Shown here: positions 26,710-35,288 of the stretch, in pieces
How the letters are laid out: each line of letters starts with the position of its first letter
How positions within the stretch are numbered: the stretch's first letter is position 1
DNA from: Oscillospiraceae bacterium
GTDB taxonomy: Bacteria; Bacillota; Clostridia; Oscillospirales; CAG-272
Assembly (NCBI GenBank): GCA_015063495.1
Contig: SVUB01000003.1
Location: forward strand, 1 to 47,266
DNA: 47,266 nucleotides
Reading direction: 5' to 3'
The notes under the pieces: generated by a model
Told to the model about the DNA's origin: nothing
Database searches by the model: none
The model's input: only the letters and a program-made list of their open reading frames with translations
Position numbers and translations under genes: made by a program

Positions 26710-26945
26710 CTCTCCGCATCCCCTTCCCTTGCAAAAATAACGTCAGTAGATCTCGCACGCAAAAGGCTCGGCGCAGGTCCCGCCCTCGTTATGCACACCG
26801 CCGAGACTCGCACGCCTCCGTGCCCATCACGGCCGTAAACTATCTCGTGTAACTCCTTGCACCAGAAGTCGGTACCTGCCACCTTGTTTATGATCCTCAC
26901 CGGCACACCGTGAAGAAACGCCCACTTAAGCTCCTCGCCCGTCAT
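26664..26945 (-). CDS. Hypothetical phage protein
   Basis: MTGEELKWAFLHGVPV start at 26945 with GGAGG RBS. Confidence 0.55.
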   Translation of the reverse strand: MTGEELKWAFLHGVPVRIINKVAGTDFWCKELHEIVYGRDGHGGVRVSAVCITRAGPAPSLLRARSTDVIFAREGDAERCAMEISDIQSEAVS

Positions 26946-26946
26946 A

Positions 26947-27957
26947 TCAGCCTCCGAGACTCGCACCGAAGGCTTTAAGTGCAGCGGTGAGCTTCTCTGC
27001 AGTTTCGGGATCATCCTTTCCTATCTCGGATATCTTCGCTTTAGCCTTCTCTGCGGTGTCCTGCAGAGTATCAAATATAGTCTTAAAAGCTGTGACTGCG
27101 GGATTTGCAGTCTTTAGCTTCTTTTTCGTCTCTTCAAGCTGTTCTGAGGCCTGCTTTGCAGCAAGCTCTGCGGCAATGCGGGAGGCTTCCGCTTCCTGTG
27201 CTTTCTTTTTCACCGCTTCAAGCTCGGCACCAAGCTTCTTCTCGGTCTCTTCCTTTGCCGCCTTCTCGGCTTCGGCTCTTATCTCTGCCAGCTTTTCGGG
27301 CGGTATCTTCGGGTCGCTCTGTGCCTTCTTCAGCTTTTCCTTTGTCTGTGCGACCTTTTCCTTCGAAAGACGAAGGCTCGCTTCAAGTGAAGCCACCTTT
27401 TCCTTTAGAGCGTCGGCTTCAAGCGCCCTCTCCTCTGCTTCCTTTCTCGCAAGCTCTGCCGCTTCTGCACGGTCCTCTATCTCTGCCTGCTTGGCTTTTG
27501 CCTCCTCAGCTTCTTTTATAGCGTCGTTGCGTTCCTTTATCGCCGCCTGCAGCTCTTTAACCGAGATATTCTCCGCATCTACCTCCTCAGCAAAGGCTTC
27601 CCTCTCGTCAGCCGGCACGGCAAGGAGCTGAAGAGCCTTTGTGTAAGGCAAATTCTCAATCGTTTGCGAATTTGAAACTGCGCCGAAAATAGATATCTGC
27701 GCAGAGCCGTATTCCTCAAAAAGCTTCATAAAATTGTTAGCGGTCGACTGCGAGAAATTGACCTCGTCGGAAAGCCAGCGTCCCCACTCTCCGTGAGGAA
27801 GAACGCTCTTTGCTTCTACAAGTCTGCGACCTATTTCGATAGCGTACATAAGAGCCGTTCTGTTCGCCTGAAGGCACAGCTCCTTTATCTCCGCCGTTAC
27901 TATTCCTATCTCTCTCGCCGGCATATTCGGTGCCGCACCGATAATTGCGTTATTCAT
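26947..27957 (-). CDS. DUF3102 domain protein
   Basis: IEIGRRLVEAKSVLPHGEWGRWL...FSQSTANNFMKLFEEYG plus coiled coil. Confidence 0.85.
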   Translation of the reverse strand: MNNAIIGAAPNMPAREIGIVTAEIKELCLQANRTALMYAIEIGRRLVEAKSVLPHGEWGRWLSDEVNFSQSTANNFMKLFEEYGSAQISIFGAVSNSQTIENLPYTKALQLLAVPADEREAFAEEVDAENISVKELQAAIKERNDAIKEAEEAKAKQAEIEDRAEAAELARKEAEERALEADALKEKVASLEASLRLSKEKVAQTKEKLKKAQSDPKIPPEKLAEIRAEAEKAAKEETEKKLGAELEAVKKKAQEAEASRIAAELAAKQASEQLEETKKKLKTANPAVTAFKTIFDTLQDTAEKAKAKISEIGKDDPETAEKLTAALKAFGASLGG

Positions 27958-29651
27958 ATGTTAAGCTCCTTTAATTTTGAAATATAATTCAGCCATTCGG
28001 CCTCAAATGCTATTACCTCGTCGGTTCTCGAGCAGTTATGGTCTCCTCTGTTCTGATTGACCTTCCCCTCACGGTATTCGAGAGTAAAGAAAGGTCTTTC
28101 GGGCTCGTCTATGTGTCTTATAAAGAGAATTGTAGTCTTACCGTCTGCGTGAGACTTTGCATAAGTGCCTACGCAGTGATGAAGCATCTTTCCCTCTTTG
28201 ATTATCTCGCTGTGAGAGTGTGCCGGGCGTATCATAAGCCCGAGAGCCTCGCTTGAATAAGTGAGCACCTCCAGCTTTGCCGCTCTCGCTCTTATCTTTC
28301 GTGAGAGAGCCTTGTTTTCCTTTTCCTTGACACGAAGCATGATATCATCGTGCGCTATCTTCAGATCTCTTGGGAAGGCAAGCTCTGCCGGCACTGTCCG
28401 ATAGACCGAGCAAAGCATATCCCAATAGTCTCCGAGGTATGCGGGCCCTGCAAGACTTCCGCAGACACTTCTCTGCTTTTCGAGATAATTTATGGTACGC
28501 ACCACAGGCGCCCTAAAACGTCCCCACTGCCCCGAGAGCAGTTCCTTAAGTCTGCCTATATTGAAGCCCTTAGCTTTATCAAGTGAGGCAGTCGTAAGCC
28601 TAGGTCCTTTTTCCGCTTTGACCCACTTATAGAAATCAAATACCGTCAGAGCATAGCTTCTCGCTATTCGAAGCTCGTCCTTTTCACACCCAAGCATATC
28701 CTGCGGCTTTGCGGCCTTTACGTTTATGATCTCCGCAAATTCATCCTTATCGAGTGCCTTGTGAGCATAGCTCTGCGCATATCCCTCGCACTCGCTGATG
28801 ACGTCGGCAAGCAAAAGTGAGAAACCTCCTCGGACGAGATTCTCAATATTCGGATACTTATTCCAAAGCAGAAGATAGGACTCGGGAGAGATCTTACTGC
28901 CGCACTCCGCTATATACTCCCCGAGAGCACTGTGAGCACAGTCTGTCTGCTCGATAAGCGACACATCGGGGTTTATTATCTCATCTATCACCCAGTCGCC
29001 CAGCTCCATAGTAAAGCGCTTTCTCCATTCCCACCGTGGAAGCCATATATGACCGTACCCCATATTGTTCTTGTGGCCGCTCACCCTTACGGGCTTCCCG
29101 CCGACAATTACAAAGCCTTCATATCGGCGCATCTCGTAGAATATCTTTCCTTCTTTATCGCATTCCTTTGCGATAGACCACGCAAGGAGAGCAAGATGCC
29201 CTCTCACGTTGTGAAGAGAAAGACAGCAGACCGACTCTATCTCAAGTATCTGATGAAATCTGCCGACGTGCACGGCTCTCACACCTGCTCCACAGCTCGG
29301 GCAAAGGCAGTCAAGCCCGTGGTATATAGTCTCTCTTGACGTTATCTCCTCAAAACCGTAAGGCGCCGGCGGACGGCTCATATGGCATCCGTCACTATCA
29401 AGCGGAACGTGAGGAAGATAGCAGTCCTCTCCACAGAAGGTGCAATGCACCTTTACCATCTTTTTCTTGCGATCTTCAAGCGGATCATGTATGTAAGCCG
29501 CACTGTAAATAAGCACGTTCGAGCCCATTACGCCCCTCTCGGTCAGCTTGTCTACCGTATCCTTCGGAGGCAGAAGCGGAAGCTCCGCTACCGTAGCCTC
29601 CACCTCTCGCTCCCATTCCTCTTTTGTCATTTTTCCTTTTACAGTCGCCAT
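27954..29651 (-). CDS. PcfJ-like domain protein
   Basis: DYWDM...FPRDLKIAHD...EGKMLHHCVGTY...ILFIRH...PFFTLE...QNRGDHN. Confidence 0.85.
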   Translation of the reverse strand: MATVKGKMTKEEWEREVEATVAELPLLPPKDTVDKLTERGVMGSNVLIYSAAYIHDPLEDRKKKMVKVHCTFCGEDCYLPHVPLDSDGCHMSRPPAPYGFEEITSRETIYHGLDCLCPSCGAGVRAVHVGRFHQILEIESVCCLSLHNVRGHLALLAWSIAKECDKEGKIFYEMRRYEGFVIVGGKPVRVSGHKNNMGYGHIWLPRWEWRKRFTMELGDWVIDEIINPDVSLIEQTDCAHSALGEYIAECGSKISPESYLLLWNKYPNIENLVRGGFSLLLADVISECEGYAQSYAHKALDKDEFAEIINVKAAKPQDMLGCEKDELRIARSYALTVFDFYKWVKAEKGPRLTTASLDKAKGFNIGRLKELLSGQWGRFRAPVVRTINYLEKQRSVCGSLAGPAYLGDYWDMLCSVYRTVPAELAFPRDLKIAHDDIMLRVKEKENKALSRKIRARAAKLEVLTYSSEALGLMIRPAHSHSEIIKEGKMLHHCVGTYAKSHADGKTTILFIRHIDEPERPFFTLEYREGKVNQNRGDHNCSRTDEVIAFEAEWLNYISKLKELNI

Positions 29652-29659
29652 AGCACACC

Positions 29660-30013
29660 TCAGAGGAAAGAAGCAAGGTCTATGCGTTCGCTCTCGGGCT
29701 CTGTCCTTGTCTCTTTTTCCTTTGCCTCGGGCACGGGCAGTCCGTAGAACTCTCGAAAGATCCCCTCTGCCACTTTAGGCGTTATGCAGAAACAGTTTGC
29801 CTTGCCGTGATGCTCATCTGAATATTTCTGAAGGGCTGCGGCCGCACCTGCAAGCCCCATACCCTCGACAGCAAGATCCTTTTCGAGAAGCTCTGCACTC
29901 ACAGGCTCCCTCTCCGCTATCTCCTTCAGCTGTTCTCCTACCATGAATAAGGGCTCATTCTCGTGCCCATTCTGCTGCTCCTCGATGAGAGCAAGTAACG
30001 TCGGACTTAACAT
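29660..30013 (-). CDS. PcfK-like small protein
   Basis: Upstream partner of PcfJ; ITPKVAEGIFREFYGL...IDLASFL. Confidence 0.5.
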   Translation of the reverse strand: MLSPTLLALIEEQQNGHENEPLFMVGEQLKEIAEREPVSAELLEKDLAVEGMGLAGAAAALQKYSDEHHGKANCFCITPKVAEGIFREFYGLPVPEAKEKETRTEPESERIDLASFL

Positions 30014-30047
30014 TTTTATTCTCCTTTATGTATTTATTAAACTTTAT

Positions 30048-30500
30048 TTAAGCCTTCTGCTTATCGATATTTATAACTCTGTTAAGCGACGCTATAAGCG
30101 CAAGCGCCTTTGCGAGAGCATCGGAGAGTGCCTCGCACTTCTCTCCCTGCTCGTGTGTACGGTGCGTCTGCCAAGCAAGAAGCTCCTTGAGATCCTTAAG
30201 CTCAGCTTCCGCCTTATCTGCTCTCGTCTGCGTATCAAATAGAGCAACTTCAAGCCGTTTTGCATATTCCGCCGTGTCAGCTTCGATCTCCTCGCTTATA
30301 GTGGGGCTCTTTTTCGACGCCTCGGGAGCAGGCTTTATCTCCGCCTCTTCCCTTTCGGCCCTCAGCTCTCTTATAAGAGAGTTAAGCTCCTTCATATTAC
30401 AGTCGAGAAGGTCACAGAGTATCTCCTTCTGCTCCTTCACGTTTTTCGTCTGCTCAAGCATAGGCAGGACTTCGTCTCTTTCAATTGTCTTAAAGTGCAT
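30048..30500 (-). CDS. Hypothetical coiled-coil protein
   Basis: Coupled ORF; QKEILCDLLDC motif. Confidence 0.6.
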   Translation of the reverse strand: MHFKTIERDEVLPMLEQTKNVKEQKEILCDLLDCNMKELNSLIRELRAEREEAEIKPAPEASKKSPTISEEIEADTAEYAKRLEVALFDTQTRADKAEAELKDLKELLAWQTHRTHEQGEKCEALSDALAKALALIASLNRVINIDKQKA

Positions 30501-30512
30501 AGTAATTCTCCT

Positions 30513-32999
30513 TTACATAATATCAAAAAGTGTAGGGGCATCGAGCTCGTCCTCTGCCGCCTCAAGGTACCCGACACCGTCTCTGAAGTAATCGGGATTG
30601 AGTTCGCATCCGTAGCCGAGTCTTCCCATCTTCACCGCCGTCATAGGTACCGTCATAAGACCTCCGAAGGGGTCATATACAAGGTCGCCTTCATTTGAAT
30701 ACCTATTGATTATCCTCTCAACGATATCAAGCTGAAGGGGACAGACGTGCATCTGCATCTTTCGCCTTGCCTGTGTGCTGTTCAGCGTTCTCATGCGGTT
30801 TATATCGTCCCACACCATATCCGTCCAAGACGCAGGAGCGACCACCATAAACGTCGCAGGGAGCTTTCCCTCTCCGTCGAGCTTCTTTGCAAGAGAAACG
30901 TGCTCCTCATAGCTGTATACGGTATCTCTGCTGTATTTCGTATAGAGCTTCTGAAGCTTCGATACGTCAGCTGATGTCAGCTCTTCCTTCGTTATAAGAC
31001 GGTCGCCAGAAGAACGCCAATATCCGTGAGCATCTATCTGCCACTGTGCTCTGGTGTAATCCTCTTTCGATTTTGTAACGGGATCATCCGCATACGCTTT
31101 CGAGGTATCGGTAGGAAGCTTACGGAAAAGCAGAATATACTCGGGACAGCCTACGCCCATCTTCGAGCCGTCTTTGCACTGTTCGCTCCATCCGAGGCGG
31201 TAGGTCTGATTATTTTCTCTTACTACGTCGGTAACGACTGTTATTCTTCCTACGTATCTGAATCCGTGCCGCAGAAAATGAAAGACAGTCATATCCGAGA
31301 AAGGATCGAGCGTCGGCATACCGTCCCCCGTAGCGTTTCCGAATAGGATCCTGTCCTTAACGTGAACAGCGGCAAGGCGTCCGGGCTTAAGCACCCGAAG
31401 GAGCTCCGGCGTAAGATAGTCCATCTGCTCAAAGAACTTATCATTATCCTCGTTATGTCCGAAATCGTTGTAAGACGGCGTATATTCGTAATGATTACTG
31501 AAAGGTATCGACGTGTGGATAAGTCCAACGCTGTCACTTTCCATTTTCTTTGTTTCGAGAATACAGTCGTTATTCACGGCCGTATAATATCTGCCCTTGA
31601 CTTCCACTCGCTCAACTCCTATGCTTCTCTGCATCCTCTCCACCAGCTTCTCGGTGTAGATGCCGTATTTTTTTACGATCTCTCGCATCTTCTCGGTCTG
31701 CTCGTCGTGTCTCTTCCACTTATCGAGAAGCTCACGGAGCACGCTTGTCTCGTTTTCGGTGTAGATGATGTCGATAATGACCTTTTCGGTCTGAAGAAAA
31801 CGGTAGATGCGGTGTATCGCCTGTATGAAATCATTGAATTTATAATCTATTCCTATAAAGACCGCTCTGTGGCAGTGTCGCTGAAAGTTACAGCCCTGCC
31901 CGCTTATCTCTTTCTTTGTGGCAAGGTATTTTATCCTTCCGTGAGCGAAATCTATGACGTTCTTCTCTTTAAGGTCTATATCCTGTGCGCCGTAGATCTC
32001 TGTGCACTCGGGAATACGCTTCTTTATGGCGTGCCTCTCATCCTCAAGGTCGTGCCAAAGTATGAAATGTGCGTCGGGGTCGCTCTTTACTATTTCGAGC
32101 ATCTTATCCGCACGAGCCTCTATACTGTCTCGCTTCTCTCTTGCAGCCTCGGTCAGTCCGGCAGAAACGTCTTTGAACAGCTGAAGCTGTCCGTCCCTGT
32201 CCTCCTTCGGTGCGCTCATGTCTTTAACACAGTGATATCTGATGTCAAGTGCAGGAAGGTCGTATCCCTCCGCCTCAAAACCGAGATCTGCCGGAGTTGA
32301 GAGAAAAAATGCCCACGTGGATATCCAAAGCCAGAACTCCTCTTCTTTGTGGGGATAGATAGTAAGGTTATTTGCTTTCGTGCTGTCACGCTGAAAAAAT
32401 CGAGTAAGTGCCTGTCCTGTGTCCATTATCTCAAGGAAGCCTGCATAATGTATCAGTTCCTTATATTTGTTCGGGTCGGGCGTCGCTGTCGCAACGAGCT
32501 TGTAAGGTACTCCTCTGAACTTATCCACGAACGTCTGATAAGTCTTCGAGCCGAAGGAGCGGAGAACGCTCGCTTCATCAAGACAGCAGGCGGTGAACTT
32601 AGTCGGGTCTATATTACCGTCTCTTACCCTCTCATAGTTTGTGATAAGGATCCTTGCATCGGTCGCATCGGCTTCCTCTTGCGTCTTTATGTACGGAGGC
32701 TTCGGCAGTCCGAGAAGATTTTCCGCATCCTCGGTGAACTCTTGCTTCACTCCGAGCGGAAGGACTATAAGAGCACGTCCGCCCGTGTGCTCGGTAACGA
32801 GACGGCAATATTCGAGCTGTTGCGCCGTCTTTCCCAGACCAAAGGCTTCAAAAAGTGCACGTCTGCCGCCTCTCACCGCCCACTGCACCGCTATCTTTTG
32901 GTGAGGCTTCAGCGCAGAGCTTATCTCGTCAAGCGAGACCTCAAAACCCGACACAGGAGCACTTATCGCTTTAGCTTTTAGAAAATTATCGTAATTCAT
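30513..32999 (-). CDS. SNF2-like helicase/ATPase fused to an N4/N6 DNA methyltransferase
   Basis: FGLGKT, DEAS, TATP, QAIHRIYRFLQ helicase motifs; HTSIPF and VYDPFGG, GCELNPDYF MTase motifs. Confidence 0.88.
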   Translation of the reverse strand: MNYDNFLKAKAISAPVSGFEVSLDEISSALKPHQKIAVQWAVRGGRRALFEAFGLGKTAQQLEYCRLVTEHTGGRALIVLPLGVKQEFTEDAENLLGLPKPPYIKTQEEADATDARILITNYERVRDGNIDPTKFTACCLDEASVLRSFGSKTYQTFVDKFRGVPYKLVATATPDPNKYKELIHYAGFLEIMDTGQALTRFFQRDSTKANNLTIYPHKEEEFWLWISTWAFFLSTPADLGFEAEGYDLPALDIRYHCVKDMSAPKEDRDGQLQLFKDVSAGLTEAAREKRDSIEARADKMLEIVKSDPDAHFILWHDLEDERHAIKKRIPECTEIYGAQDIDLKEKNVIDFAHGRIKYLATKKEISGQGCNFQRHCHRAVFIGIDYKFNDFIQAIHRIYRFLQTEKVIIDIIYTENETSVLRELLDKWKRHDEQTEKMREIVKKYGIYTEKLVERMQRSIGVERVEVKGRYYTAVNNDCILETKKMESDSVGLIHTSIPFSNHYEYTPSYNDFGHNEDNDKFFEQMDYLTPELLRVLKPGRLAAVHVKDRILFGNATGDGMPTLDPFSDMTVFHFLRHGFRYVGRITVVTDVVRENNQTYRLGWSEQCKDGSKMGVGCPEYILLFRKLPTDTSKAYADDPVTKSKEDYTRAQWQIDAHGYWRSSGDRLITKEELTSADVSKLQKLYTKYSRDTVYSYEEHVSLAKKLDGEGKLPATFMVVAPASWTDMVWDDINRMRTLNSTQARRKMQMHVCPLQLDIVERIINRYSNEGDLVYDPFGGLMTVPMTAVKMGRLGYGCELNPDYFRDGVGYLEAAEDELDAPTLFDIM

Positions 33000-33003
33000 G
33001 CCC

Positions 33004-33207
33004 CTACCCTCTCACGGCATCCGTCATCACGGTAAAGAAATTCCATTCGAGGTACTCCCCGTACCCACGGTAGCTCTCGATATTGTGCGTAATGATATCA
33101 AAAAAGGATATCAGCATCCAGAGCCCGAGCAGTGTGCATATTATAGTCACCGCCCATACTACAAGATCTATCACTCTTTCTTTATCTGTCTTTCTTCCTT
33201 GTCTCAT
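33004..33207 (-). CDS. Small membrane protein
   Basis: One hydrophobic segment; GGAGG RBS. Confidence 0.6.
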   Translation of the reverse strand: MRQGRKTDKERVIDLVVWAVTIICTLLGLWMLISFFDIITHNIESYRGYGEYLEWNFFTVMTDAVRG

Positions 33208-33334
33208 ATCCGCCTCTCCTGTTCTCTTTAATAGTCCTTACCTGCCGCAGCTCAAAAAAGCGGCCGTATATCTTTCTTATTATCCTTTCCGCTTCCGCAT
33301 ATGGGAGCGGAGAAGGTTTCTTTGTTGGTGTCAT
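33182..33334 (-). CDS. Small hypothetical protein
   Basis: MTPTKKPSPLPY start at 33334, right after the upstream stop. Confidence 0.45.
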   Translation of the reverse strand: MTPTKKPSPLPYAEAERIIRKIYGRFFELRQVRTIKENRRGGYETRKKDR

Positions 33335-33335
33335 A

Positions 33336-33458
33336 TTAACCTTCCTTTGACGTCGATGTGTCACTATATGTATCTGCGTGATTTCTTTCCACTGTGCAGT
33401 CGCACTTCTCTCCAAAGTCGAGATTAGCGCCGCAGAGAGGGCATGAAATATATTGCAT
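33336..33458 (-). CDS. Small zinc-finger protein (40 aa; not in the ORF track)
   Basis: MQYISCPLCGANLDFGEKCDCTVERNHADTYSDTSTSKEG*, GGAGGTG RBS. Confidence 0.7.
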   Translation of the reverse strand: MQYISCPLCGANLDFGEKCDCTVERNHADTYSDTSTSKEG

Positions 33459-33459
33459 A

Positions 33460-33696
33460 TTACACCTCCGACGATATCAGCGTTCCGGAGTTTACTGTTA
33501 TCGGGCTCTGCTTCATAAGTGGATGATTTTCCGCTTTCATTTTTGCGATCTTCTCGTCAAGGAACTCTTTTCCACCGGGCTCTTCAAGAATTTTTCTGAT
33601 AGACTTATACCCCGATCGACCAATGCAAAACCGTTTACTCTCAGAAAAGCTATCTATCTCTTCTTTCGGTATTTTGAATTTTGGTGTGTTGCTCAT
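33460..33696 (-). CDS. Hypothetical early protein
   Basis: Start MSNTPKFK at 33696 after AAGGAG. Confidence 0.55.
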   Translation of the reverse strand: MSNTPKFKIPKEEIDSFSESKRFCIGRSGYKSIRKILEEPGGKEFLDEKIAKMKAENHPLMKQSPITVNSGTLISSEV

Positions 33697-33722
33697 AAAT
33701 CTCTCCTTTTTGAACTTCAATA

Positions 33723-33941
33723 TCATTGAACTTTTGAGACAAAAAAATAATCGCTCAGTTGACACTCCGGAATATCGAGAACTTCTATAGCAGCTTGCAT
33801 TTCTGATTGTTTGAACGGACGGATATTATTAAGTTTTAATGATAACGAACGTTCTGATAGCTTTATTTTTTTTGCAAAATTAGCTTGTGTCCCGCACTTT
33901 TCCTTGATTTTTCCTGATAGTTTACTGTAATCGTATAACAT
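33723..33941 (-). CDS. Cro-like HTH regulator (DUF739 family)
   Basis: YDYSKLSGKIKEKCGTQANFAKKIKLSERSLSLKLNN...YFF; divergent from the repressor. Confidence 0.88.
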   Translation of the reverse strand: MLYDYSKLSGKIKEKCGTQANFAKKIKLSERSLSLKLNNIRPFKQSEMQAAIEVLDIPECQLSDYFFVSKVQ

Positions 33942-33986
33942 ATTTTCCTCCTAATACAAAAATTCAATTTCGTTGAACTTAACTGC

Positions 33987-34015
33987 ATTATAACATCATA
34001 TTTTTAATTTGTCAA
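33987..34015 (-). promoter_or_regulatory. Lytic (leftward) sigma-A promoter
   Basis: TTGACA (34015-34010), 17 bp spacer, TATAAT (33992-33987) with extended TG. Confidence 0.85.
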
Positions 34016-34055
34016 TAGCAAAAATCAAAAAAATTGAACTTTTTTTCAAAAAGTA

Positions 34056-34084
34056 TTGAATTTAAGTTCAAAACGGTGTATAAT
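34056..34084 (+). promoter_or_regulatory. Lysogenic (rightward) promoter for the repressor operon
   Basis: TTGAAT (34056), 17 bp spacer, TATAAT (34079). Confidence 0.7.
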
Positions 34085-34117
34085 TATGTCACATTGATAT
34101 TGAAAGAGGCTGTTTTT

Positions 34118-34807
34118 ATGAAAGAACACACAACAGGAGAACGACTTCGACAAATAATGTCTGAGCGAGGATTGAAACAAGTCGATATACTTAATATGTG
34201 CAAACCTTATTGTGAAAAACACAAAGTGTACATTAGAAAAAATGATTTAAGTCAATATGTGGCAGATAAAGTATCTCCCGGACAAGATAAATTAACCATT
34301 TTAAGTCTTGCGCTTGGCGTTAGCGAGGTTTGGCTTATGGGTTATAATGTCGAAATGTCGAGAGAAAACAATAATAAAAAACTTATATATGATAAAACTC
34401 CTTCTAATATTTACCCTATTGATCTTAAGCGATTCCCTCTCCTTGGCGAAATAGCTTGTGGCGAACCTATCTTTGCAGAAGAAGATCACGAAAGCTATAT
34501 TATGGCATCTGCTGATATTAAGGCTGATTTTTGTCTTATAGCAAAAGGTGACAGTATGGTTGGTGCAAGAATAAACGATGGGGACGTTGTTTTTATAAGA
34601 CAACAGCCTATGGTAGATAATGGAGAGATCGCCGCCGTTATAATAGATGGAGAAGCAACTCTCAAACGTTGGTATTATTATCCCGAAAAACAGAAATTGC
34701 TCCTCGCCCCGGCAAATGAAAAATACGAGCCTTTTATTTACATTGGCGAAGAACTGAACGAGATCCGCTGCCTCGGTAAGGCAGTATGTTTTATGAGTAA
34801 TCTTTAA
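34118..34807 (+). CDS. CI-like repressor (HTH + S24 peptidase)
   Basis: N-terminal HTH (ALGVSEVWLMG), PLLGEIACGEP cleavage-site region, KGDSM, ATLKR; start MKEHTT at 34118. Confidence 0.92.
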   Translation: MKEHTTGERLRQIMSERGLKQVDILNMCKPYCEKHKVYIRKNDLSQYVADKVSPGQDKLTILSLALGVSEVWLMGYNVEMSRENNNKKLIYDKTPSNIYPIDLKRFPLLGEIACGEPIFAEEDHESYIMASADIKADFCLIAKGDSMVGARINDGDVVFIRQQPMVDNGEIAAVIIDGEATLKRWYYYPEKQKLLLAPANEKYEPFIYIGEELNEIRCLGKAVCFMSNL

Positions 34808-34817
34808 GGAGTTCTTT

Positions 34818-35240
34818 ATGAAAAAAATATCAGTTTTATTAGTGCTTTTTCTTTTACTTTCAATATTCGTCGGATGCCGGGAAAATAAAGTTACAATAAG
34901 TGAAGAGTTTTATAAGTACGCAACAGACACCATCAATATAATCAACAATTACCTAAACTACGTAAAAGGTTATTCATATCAGTACATGGACAATCGATTG
35001 ATGGACTTGGATTCGCCTGAATTACCACCATTTGATGGAATTGATGAGGAAATACGAAGCAAAGAGGTTGAGATATGGTCTAAAGTTCTAAAGATTCACG
35101 TTTATGTGTCGTTTCATGAGGAGAATCCTAATACACGAGACCATCTTAAAGAAGCGATAGATGAATTGCAGAAAATTCTCGATGGTGTCGTTGTAGGCGA
35201 GGTCATTATTGACACTGCTCTACAAGACACTTTGCAGTAA
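34818..35240 (+). CDS. Lipoprotein (possible superinfection exclusion)
   Basis: Signal peptide II MKKISVLLVLFLLLSIFVG-C; within the repressor operon. Confidence 0.65.
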   Translation: MKKISVLLVLFLLLSIFVGCRENKVTISEEFYKYATDTINIINNYLNYVKGYSYQYMDNRLMDLDSPELPPFDGIDEEIRSKEVEIWSKVLKIHVYVSFHEENPNTRDHLKEAIDELQKILDGVVVGEVIIDTALQDTLQ

Positions 35241-35288
35241 TATAATGTTAAAAATTAAGCGTTGGTATAGTTAAGAAAGAGGAGCAAT

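Larger units (their letters stand above)
33716..34038. promoter_or_regulatory. Repressor operator candidates TTCAA-N5-TTGAAC
   Basis: 33716 TTCAA-TATCA-TTGAAC; 33963 TTCAA-TTTCG-TTGAAC; 34024 ATCAA-AAAAA-TTGAAC; N6 variant at 34045. Confidence 0.7.
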
